Positions 28,636 to 39,850 of a DNA stretch of 64,000 nt are shown here, in pieces (position 1 is the stretch's first letter; each line of letters starts with the position of its first letter). This stretch comes from Azolla caroliniana (Eukaryota; Plantae; Polypodiophyta), in the NCBI GenBank assembly GCA_043228905.1, contig JBHGNT010000008.1, positions 19,282,001 through 19,346,000 of the forward strand. The letters run 5' to 3'. The notes under the pieces are model-generated. The model did no database searches, had not been told where the DNA came from, and worked only from the letters and a program-made list of their open reading frames with translations. Both the position numbers and the translations under genes were made by a program.

Positions 28636-31600
28636 TGTCATGAACATATACCAAAACTCCAAGACTTGTAATAAGGATTCAAACCCATGACCTCGTCAAA
28701 GATAATGTGTAGCTTCAACCACTAGGATACATCATATTACATTTATTAAATTGTAAATTCTTATATTAGATCATGAAGAAATATATCTAATAGTGTGAAA
28801 CGTTGCCACCGCATAGGCTAACGCATGATTACCAAGTGTCATGCTTGCATGAATGCCAAGTGGCATGCTTGCATGAATGACAAATGGCGAGCATGCGTGC
28901 CTATGAGGTGGCGAGCATGCATGTATCCAAAGCATGCTATATAAACATATAGCGAACAATCTGGGGGTTGTGAAGCTCAAACCAAGGTAGACCAAGGACA
29001 ATCGAATGCTCCGGACTATGTATGATATTGAATGAGATGACACAAGCTAAAACACCAAGTTCATGGCTTTGGAGCAAGAGAATCAAAGGCTGCTCGAGGA
29101 TTTACAACAAGTGAATGTTGAGAAAGCTCAACAACAAGAGGAATTAACTCAAAGGGTTCACCAACTTGAAGCAGCATTAATAACATTGCGACAACAAGCA
29201 TTACAAGCACCGAATTCGACAAAAGAACCCAAGATAAGTCTCCCGTTGAAGTTTGATGGTACTCAATCACAATTTCGAGGATTTCTAAATCAGGTACGTC
29301 TAGTGTTTCAAATGCATCCCACTCGATATCCAACAGATTTAGCACGAGTAGGGTTGGTTGGAACTTTATTAACTGGTACAACATTGGCTTGGTTTGCGCC
29401 GTTGCTTGAGAAAAAGTGCCCTATTTTGGATAATATTGATGAGTTTATTAAAGAGTTCCAAGCTTGTTTTGGAGATACCGATAGCATGAGAACAACTATT
29501 AATAAGATTCGAAGGTTGCGATAAGGGGATCGCCCAGCCTCAGCCTATGCGGCTGATTTTCGCCTTCTTGCATGTGACATTCCTTGGGACGAAGAGGCAT
29601 TGATGGACCAATTTCGTCACGAACTTCGTAATGATGTGAAAGACTTGCTTCTCACTTTTCATGAAGATCCAAAATCTCTTACTAAGGCAATTAGTCGAGT
29701 TGTACGATGTGATAATCGATTATTCGAGCGACGCTCTGAGCGTCAACAATGGTCTCGACCTCGATCAGAGTAGACATATGCATCGGTAACATCACTACCT
29801 ACATCTGGAACTATGCAGGTTCCTATATCTAGCCCAATAAGTGGTCCTACTCCAATGGAAATTGATTCTACACGTCATCGAGGACCTTTAACAGAAGCTG
29901 AAAAGCAGAGACGTCGTGCGAACCCCCTATGTTTATATTGTGGTGGTCTAGGACATATAGCGATAAGTTGTCCCCATCGACCTAGGCATCAAGTTTACCA
30001 AGTAAGTGCTAGTACTAAATTGGATCTCGATTCTCCAAATACATCTAGCAATCCTAATAGCCCTACACCTTCAAATCGTTTTGAAGTACTTAGCCAACTA
30101 GATGAGGTGTTAAACGAGTAAATCCAGCCAAAATAGGAGCCATTTGGTTGGATAACCCAAAATTTGTAGAGTCAGTCCATAGTAATGGTTCCATTTCATC
30201 GAACCAAGTTAATAGGGTTTTTGTCGCACATGTCGAGCTTCGTACCTCTAGATGTCATCAAATCTTTTCATATGCTCTCTTAGATTCCAGAGCCAACTCT
30301 TGTTTCATGGACCGAAATTTTGCCTTGACACATAATATCTTATTAAAACCATTGCATTGTCCAGTATCAGTCACAGTAATAGATGGTCGACCCATTGCCT
30401 CTAGAAATATAACTGAAGAGTCTGAATCAATTCGTGTAGTTCTTGGTGATTTAGCTTGTGTCATCTCATTCAATATCATAAATAGTCCGGAGCATCCGAT
30501 TGTCCTTGGTCTACCTTGGTTTGAGCTTCACAACCCCCACATTGATTGGCGAAAACGAGTTATCCTAGAATCCAAGAAAAACCATATATCAGATTTCCCA
30601 ATTACTTATAACCCAAATTTAGAATGCCATCAGATCTCAACAATATCTTTGGAAAACTTACGCAAAGAGGGAGACAAAGAAGAAATGTTTATATTTGCGA
30701 TAATAACAATGCCAACACCAACTCAACAAAAGTCGAGTACCTTTCTTCCAACCAAGTATCAAGAATTCCAAGATGTCTTCAATAAGGACAAAGCTGATAG
30801 ACTCCCAGAACATCAACCTTATGATTGTCCTATTGATCTTCAGCCAGGAAAAGATCCACCGTGGGGACCCATTTATAGTTTATCACCTGTAGAGCTCAAG
30901 GTTCTTCGCGACTATATCGATGAAAATTTAGCTACTGGATTTATTCGTCATTCCAAATCTCCTATTGGCGCACCAATATTTTTTGTTAAGAAGAAAGATG
31001 GATCACTTCGTTTGGTCGTAGATTATTGAGGATTAAACAAAATCACAATTCGAAACAGGTATGCCTTGCCTTTAATACCAACACTTTTGGAGCGGTTGAG
31101 TGGAGCCAAATACTTTACAAAGATTGATCTTAGAGGTGCTTATAATCTAGTTCGAATTCGTCCAGGTGATGAATGGAAAACTGCATTTCGCACTCGTTAT
31201 GGGCATTTTGAGTATACAGTTATGCCATTCGGTCTTACAAATGCTCCTGCGGTTTTTCAGCATATGGCCAATGATATTTTCCGAGACTTCTTGGATATAT
31301 TCACCATCATTTATTTGGATGATATCTTGATATTTTCCAAGACTCAAGAAGAGCATGATGAGCATGTACCCCAAGTTCTACAACGATTACAAGAATATGG
31401 TCTCTATGCTAAACTCGAGAAATGTAGTTTTGATCGCAACCAAATGGAATTCCTAGGATACATAGTATCACCAGAAGGAATATCTATGGATCTAGCAAAG
31501 GTGCAAACAATTCTAGAATGGGAAACACCACAATCTGTGTGTGATGTCTAGTGTTTCTTGGGATTTGCGAATTTTTATCGCAAATTCATCAAGAACTACT

Positions 31601-34167
31601 CAAAGAAGGTGTTGCCTCTTACACAATTAACACATAAAAACCAACCATTCATATGGCATTCTAGTGCTGCTGAGGCATTCGAAAGCCTAAAACATGCGTT
31701 CACATCAGCTCCTATTTTGATCCATGTTGACCAAGACAAGCCTTTTATTTTGGAAGCTGATGCATCAGATTTTGCACTCGGGAGTGTCCTGTCACAACCC
31801 AAAGAAAATGGGCTATTATATCTAGTTACTTTTCATTCGTGAAAATTTGAAGCTGCGGAAATTAATTATGAGATTCACGACAAGGAGCTTTTGGCTATTG
31901 TCGACTCTTTTGAGCATTGGCGCCACTTCTTGGAACGTTCTCCCCATCAAATCATTGTCTATAATGATCACAAGAACCTAGCGTATTTCCAAAATGCTCG
32001 AGTCTTAAATCGTCGACATGCACGTTGGGCACAATTTCTTACACGCTTTGATTTCTTGATTGTGTATCGCCTCGCAATACACTAGGGAAAGGCAGATGCG
32101 CTATCTCGGCGTTTGTACATGGCACCCTGTTTAGGGGAACCTACTTTTGATCATCAAAAGCAGATCCTCCTTGGTCCTGATCGTTTACAAGTGATGGTCA
32201 CTAATGCTTTTAAGACACCTACAGACTCGATACTTATAAGTACGATTCATACTGATCTTGAAGCAGATGAATTTGCCCAAGATGTCTTGAATCATATTAT
32301 TCTAGATCGTGCTTCTTGTTCAAGGTCGATGAATTCTCGTAAAGATTATAATCAGTTCAGTTGGCATGATAATTTACTTTTTCGAAATAATTTGCTTTAT
32401 GTCCCTGATGGCCGCTCTCGACTCCTTATTTTACAACATTGCCACGACATGCCAATGGCTGGACATTTTGGAGTTCACAAAACATTGGAATTAGTTTCTA
32501 GAAATTATTGGTGGCCGCATCTTCGTAATTATGTTGAAAACTACATTTGTAGTTGTGATGCATGTTGTCGGTCCAAGTGTCCTCGACATCGACCATATGG
32601 TTTACTCCAACCCTTACCAGTTCCTGATGGTCCTTGGAATTCTATATCTATGGATTTCATTACTGATCTTCCATCTTCCAAAGGTTTTGATTCCATCCTG
32701 ACTGTTGTAGATCGGTTCACAAAGATGGCACATTTTCTACCATGCACAAAGACTATTAATATTCAAGAGACATCAGATTTGGTTATGCGTGAAGTGTTTC
32801 GGCATCATGGTCTTCCTGATGACATCATTAGTGATCAAGGACCACAATTTATCTCAACATTTTGGAAACACTTGTTTGGGCTCCTCCAAATTGATTGTAA
32901 ACTCTCGTCAAGCTATCACCCAGAGACTAATGGTCAAACCGAGCGTACCAATCAAACCGTGGAACAATACCTTCATTGCTTCATCAATTATCAACAAGAT
33001 GATTGGGTAGATTATTTACATTTTGCGGAGTTTTCTTACAACAATTCAGTTCATTCTTCTACCAAAATTACTCCCTTCTTTGCCAACACGGGTGTTCATC
33101 CTCGTTGGACAATTCTTGACCACCCAAGAATCTCGAAAAACCCTGATGCGGAGGATCGCCTACGTCATATCCGAGAAATTCATATGGCTCTTTCTCATCA
33201 TTTACATCACGCTCAAGCCACCCATAAGAAATTTGCAGATCGCCATCGACTCAACTCATCACCAGAAAAACCCAAATTTCAAGTTAGAGACCGTGTATGG
33301 CTCTTACGACGTAATGTGAAGACCTTGTAACAAGCTAGATTATCAACGCCTTGGTCCATATTTAATCACTAAACAGATCAATGGAGTTGCTTTTCAACTC
33401 GATCTCCCTCCTCATATGCGTCTTCACCCAGTGTTCCATGTCTCACTCTTGGAACCTTATATTCAAACTCTATTCCAGATCGCGTTGTTCCCCCTCCACC
33501 TTCTATTGAGCTTGATGAAGGCCCTGAATATGAAGTAAAATCCATTTTGGACTCCAAAGTTGTGAAGAACAAATTGTATTACTTTGTTGATTGGCTGGGT
33601 TATACACTTGTGGATCGAACGTGGGAGCCAGCTGAAAATCTCAATAATACCAAAGAACTGGTAGCTGAATTTCATCAACAATATCCAAATAAGCCAACTC
33701 CTAGTTCATGCATTGCGACTCGTGGAACTCGTCGTCAAAGGAAGGGGATAATGTCACCTCGTCAAAGATAACGTGTAGCTTCAACCACTATGATAGATCA
33801 TATTACATTTATTAAATTGTAAATTCTTATATTAGATCATGAAGAAATATATCTAATAGTGTGAAACGTTGCCACCGCATAGGCTAACGCATGATTACCA
33901 AGTGTCATGCTTGCATGAATGACAAATGGCGAGCATGCGTGCCTATGAGGTGGCGAGCATGCATGTATCCAAAGCATGCTATATAAATATATAGCAAACT
34001 ATTGATGAACCATTCCGGTTCAACGCCAGTCTTCGGCGTACTCTTGTAACCCTTGTTCTCATTGCTAATACATTTTCAATATCTTATTTCTCTCTCATTC
34101 CTCTCTTATTTTTCTATTTCTCATTCTTTTCTTCACATTAAACTTGTCTTTGGCTACGGCCCTGACA
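28636..34167 (+). mobile_element. Ty3/Gypsy chromovirus (Tcn1/sushi-like), degenerate
   Basis: TGTCA…TGACA ends and 5-bp TSD GTATA (28631-35, 34168-72). Gag 29063-30121 (KFDG…AWF, CLYCGGLGHIAISC). PR (ALLDSRA). RT ([17 protein letters not shown]). RNase H (LEADASD). IN (HHCC, SMDFIT, SDQG, GQTER, HPVFHVS). Chromodomain (EYEVKSILD…DWLGY…TWEP). PPT AAGGAAGGGGATAA before the 3' LTR (33752-34167). Multiple premature stops. Confidence 0.95.
30109..30192 (+). promoter_or_regulatory. Programmed -1 ribosomal frameshift signal (gag-pol)
   Basis: Slippery G_TTA_AAC in the gag frame (30109-30115) and a 6-nt spacer. Stem ATCCAGCCAAA/TTTGGTTGGAT (30122-32/30143-53). Loop GGAGCCA(T) is complementary to ATGGTTCC (30185-92). 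The -1 frame is open into the protease. Confidence 0.75.
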
Positions 34168-35307
34168 GTATATGCTTGCCTTTTCTTAGCTCACTTAGAG
34201 AATTCGCAACCACCACACCCAAATCTTTGCTTTTTCACTAGATATATAGATGATGCTTTCGGAATATGGACGGGTACTAAACTCGAGTTAGAAAATTACC
34301 CTCAATTCTATAATACCTCTACTAATAATTGTATCAAACTTACCATCACCACTTCCCCCTCTAAATTACCCTTCCTAGACTTATGGATTAACCTAGAAAA
34401 CTCAAAATTCTCCTTTAATTGCTACCAAAAGCTCCAAAATCCTTACAAATATCTCCTATTCTCATCAGAACACCTCCCTCATTTAAAAAGACATTTTATT
34501 ATTAATGAACTAAAACGATACCTAATTAGAGAATGCACTCCTTTAGGTTTCCGATGAATGAAAATACTAATTTTTACTAGACTAATTATGAGAGGATATC
34601 CCCCTTCATTCATAAAAAAGAATTATAAAAATGTCTCGTTCAGTGTTAGGAAATCACTAATATATAGTAGGAGATCCAAAAGTACTCTTCTACCCGTTAT
34701 CTTCAAACTTAGATATACACGAGATACCCCTAGCATAGGAATTCACGACATGCTAAAAAACCTCCACGAGGATTTACTCTTAGATCCCAAACTATCTAAG
34801 ATACCTAGACCTTTTGTGTGTTGGACTAAGTCCAAGTCCATTCACTCCTTTTTGGTCAAACCTAAATATAGAAGGTCAATCTCTTACTTAACACTACACA
34901 TTACTTACTTATAACCCCCCACTTATGCATAACACACCCCCACTTATTACTTACCATAATCTCCCACTTTTCATAGCCCACTCCCACTTATTACTTAGCA
35001 TACACATATAGTAACCATTCTGTTAAGTGTGTGTCCAATTAAGTGTGCCATTCTATTAAGTGAGCTTTCTTTATAGATGTCAAAATCCTGTTCAAAAAAA
35101 TTACATTGTTTTATGACAAAATACATTGAACCAAATGGAAACTATGTTCCAAAAATTCAAAAAACAACAAAATCATCAATAAAAATTAGATTTCTAAGTT
35201 CTTTCACAATTTCATACCAACATCATGTTTGGTCATTTGCCTACTTTTAGCAAGAACTTACAAAAAATGGCAAAAATTGAACAAAAATAGGATTTCTATG
35301 TCTTTCA

Positions 35308-37059
35308 CTATTTCATACCAAAATCATGTAAGGTCATTTGCCTACTTTTAGCGATACGCTTAGAAACAATGGTAGAATTTGCTTCTTGAATAATTCTACA
35401 AGCACTCGATAAAGCTGATTTTACTTGCTTTGCTTTCTCGGAACTCAAATAAGTTGTTGTCATTATCGAGTTGAGCATGAGTTCGGTATCAACAATATTT
35501 TGCAATACTTCAGGAATAATCACATCTTCTTGCTTTAAGCATCCATGCATATCTTGCATCTCAACAAACTCAAAATCTGAATTATAGTCATCATATGCAA
35601 GTGGTTCATTGGTGTTGGATGCTTGCGTTATAACTTCATCAATCTCTTCAAGGAGATTTTGATTTAGTTTTTCTTATTCATTTGCATCTGCATTGACACA
35701 TTCCATGATTTCCTCTCGAATTTCTTCTACATTATGTGCATTCTCAACCAAACTGCAGTTACATAACAAAGCAACAAGATCATCAAGGCATTGATCTTCC
35801 ATTTCAACAACTTCAACATCATTAATGCGGAATGATGGAATAATATCTGCCTTTCTATAGCAATTAAAAAGTGTTTCTTGCTTGATCTCATTCCAAGCAA
35901 TAACAATGAGATTGGCAACATCTAGCAATTGTGCCGACTTTCCAAAAGTTAAACCAATAGAACCTCTTCTCATTCGTTTAGCAACATCCTCCAAACGAAT
36001 CTTAACATTTTCTGGACTATCATGATATGTCAAAATTTCTCTTATCAAATGATATTTGTACCGAGTCTTTTTCAACGTTGCAATAACTCCCATATCCATT
36101 GGTTGCTTCCATGATGTGACATTGGCTGGGAAAAAAATCACTTTGATAGCATCACGCTCAAATGTTTCGGCATGACCAGGAGCATTATCAAGGATTAGAA
36201 GCACTTTGCGATTAGTTCGAGAACGAACAAAAGGTACAAACACATGATCAAACCACTTATTAAAATTAGGGATATCAATCCAAGCATTTTTTTGTGCTAA
36301 ATAGGGTAATGGCCAAAAATTTCCAACAATACAAGCTGGTTCCTTAACCTTTCCAATCATTGTAATGGGAACTTTTTCAGTTCCAGTAGCATTACAACAA
36401 ACAACTAAGGTAACTCTATCTGGCAATTTTTTCTTACCTCAAATTGTTGTAGGATCTTCACTAGGCAAAAGCACTGTATATCTTGGAACTAATTGAAAAA
36501 ATAAGCCTGTTTCATCCATATTGTAAACACAACTAGCATCATACTCGTTGATTATAACATAGAGCCTTTCCAAAGAAGCCAACAATTCTGGGTCATTTCG
36601 ATTAACCGCCCCTCCTTTGCCATACAAACTAATAATATTCAAACATTGGCGATGACGAAATTTCCTAAACCAACCCCAAGTTGCTTTGAAATCATCATCA
36701 CAAATATTCATTTGTGTAGCCAATCGCCGAGCCTTCTCCATAATAATTGATGGAGGCAATGCAATTGACAATCAACGAGATGCATCAATCCAAGCATACA
36801 AGCGTTCCTCTAATTCTGGATATTTCCCTTTGGATCCCCTAAAAATTGTTTTCCTTGTATTATGATCTTTTAATTGGACACGCATTCGTATCTCATCCTT
36901 CTTCTTGATCAAACTTCTAATCACCGATTCACTTACACCAAAATTTCTACCTATGTTGCGAAGAGAAGGAGCCAATGGTTGTTCCACTATCTCCAAAAAT
37001 TGTAGCCTTTGTTCATCATTCAAACGAGGTCCATCACCTCGCTTATGGGTTGAATTCAT
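35308..37059 (-). pseudogene. pogo/Tigger transposase (CENP-B-type HTH + DDE_1), disrupted
   Basis: SLRNIGRNFGVSESVIR; YPELEERLYAWI; FKATWGWFRKF; VYNMDETGLF; DRVTLVVCCNATGTEK; LLILDNAPGH; FPANVTSWKQPMDMGVI. Several in-frame stops. Confidence 0.9.
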
Positions 37060-37104
37060 CTCTGTAATAAGGCTAATGAGCTAATTTCACATTGACTTAT
37101 ATCT

Positions 37105-38145
37105 ATTATTTTCTAATTCCTCAAACCGTCAATCTAATTTACGAACCCAATCAACAAATGTACTTAAATTCAACAGTAAAAACAACACAAATAGATTCAC
37201 ATACTCATCCACAATCAAATTATTTTCTAATTCCCTAAACCCGCAATCTAATTTATGAACCCAATCAACAAGTGTACTTGAATTCAGTAGTAAAAACAAC
37301 ACAATACATTCACATACTCATCCACAATCAAATTATTTTCTAATTCCCTAAACCCACAATCTAATTTATGAACCTAATCAACAAATGTACTCGAATTCAG
37401 TAGTAAAAACAACAAAATACATTCACATACTCATCCACTATCAACTTTTTTTCTAATTCCCTAAACTTGCAATCTAATTTATGAACCTAATCAACAAATT
37501 TACTCAAATTCAACAGTAAAAACAGCAAAATACATTCACATACTCATCCACTATCAATTTTTTTTCTAATTCCCTAAACCCACAATCTAATTTATGAACC
37601 TAATCAACAAATTTACTCGAATTTAGCAGTAAAAACAACAAAATACATTCACATACTCATCCACTATCAACTTTTTTTCTAATTCCCTAAACTCGCAATC
37701 TAATTTATGAACCTAATCAACAAATTTACTCAAATTCAGCAGTAAAAACAACAAAATACATTCACATACTCATCCACTATCAATTTTTTTTCTAATTCCC
37801 TAAACCCACAATTTAATTTATGAACCTAATCAACAAATTTATTCGAATTCAGTAGTAAAAATAGCAAAATACATTCACATACTCATCCACTATCAATTTT
37901 TTTTCTAATTACCTAAACCCGCAATCTAATTTATGAACCTATTCAACAAATTTACTCAAATTCAGCAGTAAAAACAACAAAGTACATTCATATACCCATC
38001 CACTATCAAATTTTTTTCTAATTCCCTAAACCCGCAACCTAATTTATGAACCTAATCAACAAATTTACTCGAATTCAACAGTAAAAAGAGCACAAATACA
38101 TCCACATACTCATCCACAATGAAATTATTTTTTAATTCCCTAAAC
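37105..38145. repeat. 113-bp tandem array (~9 copies) inside the pogo element
   Basis: CTAATT(C/A)CCTAAAC recurs at 37113, 37227, 37340, 37453, 37566, 37679, 37792, 37905 and 38018. Confidence 0.95.
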
Positions 38146-38312
38146 ATTTGGCCTTAAAAAACCTGAAAATGCGTAGAAACTCTACATACCCGAAGAAGAT
38201 TGTAGGTGCACAATAGTGTCTTGAGCAACAACGTGGTGAAGCAGCAGCCTTGTGACCAGCTATGTGGGATTGATTAAGGTGCAAAGAGGGTTTGATCGGT
38301 GGTTGTTGGGGC

Positions 38313-39404
38313 TAGGGATCGGCAACGGCTTGGCTCAAGCCTAAACCGTTTGGCTTAGCCGGCTTGAAAACAGCTTAGCGGCTTAGCGGCTCGGCTCGGC
38401 TCGGTTTAGGCTTGAACTTGCCTTAACGGTTTGAGCTCGGCTCGGCTTGGCTTGAGCCTCGCCAAACCGGCTCAAGCCGGCTAAGCCGTTTAAGCCGTTT
38501 ATAAACTTTAGAGAGGGGGAGAGAGACAACAGACAAGGGGAAAGAGAGAGAGAGAGAGTGAGGGAGGGAGAACTACATAGATGAGGAGAGAGAGACAGAG
38601 GGAGGGAGACAACATATAAGGAGAGAGAGAGAGAGAGAGAGACTACACAAACGAGGAGAGAGAGAGAGAGGGAGGGAGACAACATATAAGGAGAGAGAGA
38701 CTACACAGAGGGGAGAGAGAGAGAGAGAGAGAGAGGAACTACATAGAGGGGAGAGAGAGAGAGATAGAGAGACTACACAGAGAGGAGAGAGAGAGAGAGA
38801 GAGAGACTACACAGAGAGGAGAGAGAGAGAGAGAGAGAGACTACACAGAGGGAGAGAGAGAGAGAGAGGAACTACATAGAGGGGAGAGAGAGAGAGAGAG
38901 AGAGGGAGGGAGAGTCGAGACCATAGACGTGACAGAGAGAGAGAGAGAGAGGAACTACATAGAGGGGAGAGAGAGAGAGAGAGGGAGGGAGAGTCGAGAC
39001 CATAGACATGAGAGAGAGAGAGAGGAACTACATAGAGGGGAGAGAGAGGGAGAGGGAGAGAGAGTCGAGACCACAGATGTGAGAGAGAGTGGGAGGGAGA
39101 GCTTGTACAATGTATAGTATATAGTATATAGTATATAGTTGATCATTTGAGAGAGAGGGAGAGAGGGAGAGAGGGAGAGAGAGGGAGGTTTCTAAACCGG
39201 TTTCCAAGCCGGTTTAGAAACCGGTTTACAAGCCGTTTACCAAACCGGTTCACAAACTGGTTTAGCCTAAACCGGTTTGTGAACCGGCTCGGCTCGGCTC
39301 GGCTCGGCTCAGGTTTGAGATCCTGTAAACGGTTTAGGCTTAGCCGGTTTGGCTTGGATCAAGCCAAACCGGCTAAGCCTAAACCGAACTGTTGCCGATC
39401 CCTA
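38313..39404. mobile_element. Non-autonomous hAT element (MITE-like) nested in the pogo element
   Basis: Perfect 14-bp TIR TAGGGATCGGCAAC/GTTGCCGATCCCTA and perfect 8-bp TSD GTTGGGGC (38305-12, 39405-12). Subterminal AACCG/GGCTC repeats. GA-rich interior. Confidence 0.95.
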
Positions 39405-39716
39405 GTTGGGGCTACGCTTACTCAAATGTGCATAGAAAAGAAAATTTGGGGGGAAAATTTTTTGTGTATAAAAAGCCCTAAGTGTGCGGCTCGGTTAAGT
39501 GCGCACCTTTTCCTTCATATCAAAGTGCGCACTTAACCGAATGTTTATTGTACTTATAACCCTCCACTCTTCTTAGCCCACCACCACTTATTGTGTACCA
39601 TTCAACTGCCTACCATTACCCCCTTCTTCTCTCTCCCATCACTAACTCTTATTTCTCCTCTCTCCCTCTCCCTCTTCCACCTCCCCCACCTTATATAAAG
39701 CTACACCCATCTTGTA

Positions 39717-39777
39717 AAAGACCTTTGCACTGATGAGCTCATTCTTGAGCGAAACTAGTTTGCTACATAAGGTCTTT
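39717..39777 (+). ncRNA. Type I (minimal stem III) hammerhead ribozyme
   Basis: AAAGACCTT-T-GCA-CTGATGA-GCTCA-TTCT-TGAGC-GAAAC-TA-GTT-TGC-TACAT-AAGGTCTTT. Intact CUGAUGA and GAAA core, 5-bp stem II, short palindromic stem III, stem I 3 bp + internal loop + 9 bp. Cleavage triplet GUU. Confidence 0.88.
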
Positions 39778-39819
39778 CTGTTCTTTCTAATGATATTTTC
39801 TTGAGTGTCTCTCTCTCTC

Positions 39820-39850
<31 letters not shown>

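Larger units (their letters stand above)
27692..34914 (+). pseudogene. Penelope-like reverse transcriptase ORF (27692-28635 + 34173-34914), split by the Gypsy insertion
   Basis: PLE motifs GLKH(F)xP, ILPADKN, LYFLPKLHKNPMGFRPICS, FDVESLYTSIP, YQQIKGTTMGSNFSVVY|ACLFL, RYIDDAF, LPFLDL, YQK…YLLFSSEH, RGYP. The ORF rejoins in frame when the insert and one GTATA are removed. There is one in-frame TGA at 34555 and no GIY-YIG after the thumb/linker. Confidence 0.9.
35009..39550 (-). mobile_element. pogo/Tigger (Tc1-mariner superfamily) DNA transposon
   Basis: Imperfect ~26-bp TIRs (TAGTAACCATTCTGTTAAGTGTGTG / reverse complement CAATAAACATTCGGTTAAGTGCGCA). TA on both sides (35007-08, 39551-52). Transposase on the minus strand. 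Confidence 0.9.

Noticed and set aside
34555-34557. In-frame TGA in the PLE ORF read as selenocysteine (as reported for some Naiad PLEs)
   Set aside because: Land plants lack Sec machinery, no SECIS was identified, and neighbouring TEs show many C-to-T-derived stops. A nonsense mutation is simpler.
37105-38145. Regularly spaced repeats resembling a CRISPR array
   Set aside because: Whole 113-bp units are repeated with no unique spacers, the context is eukaryotic, and there are no cas genes.
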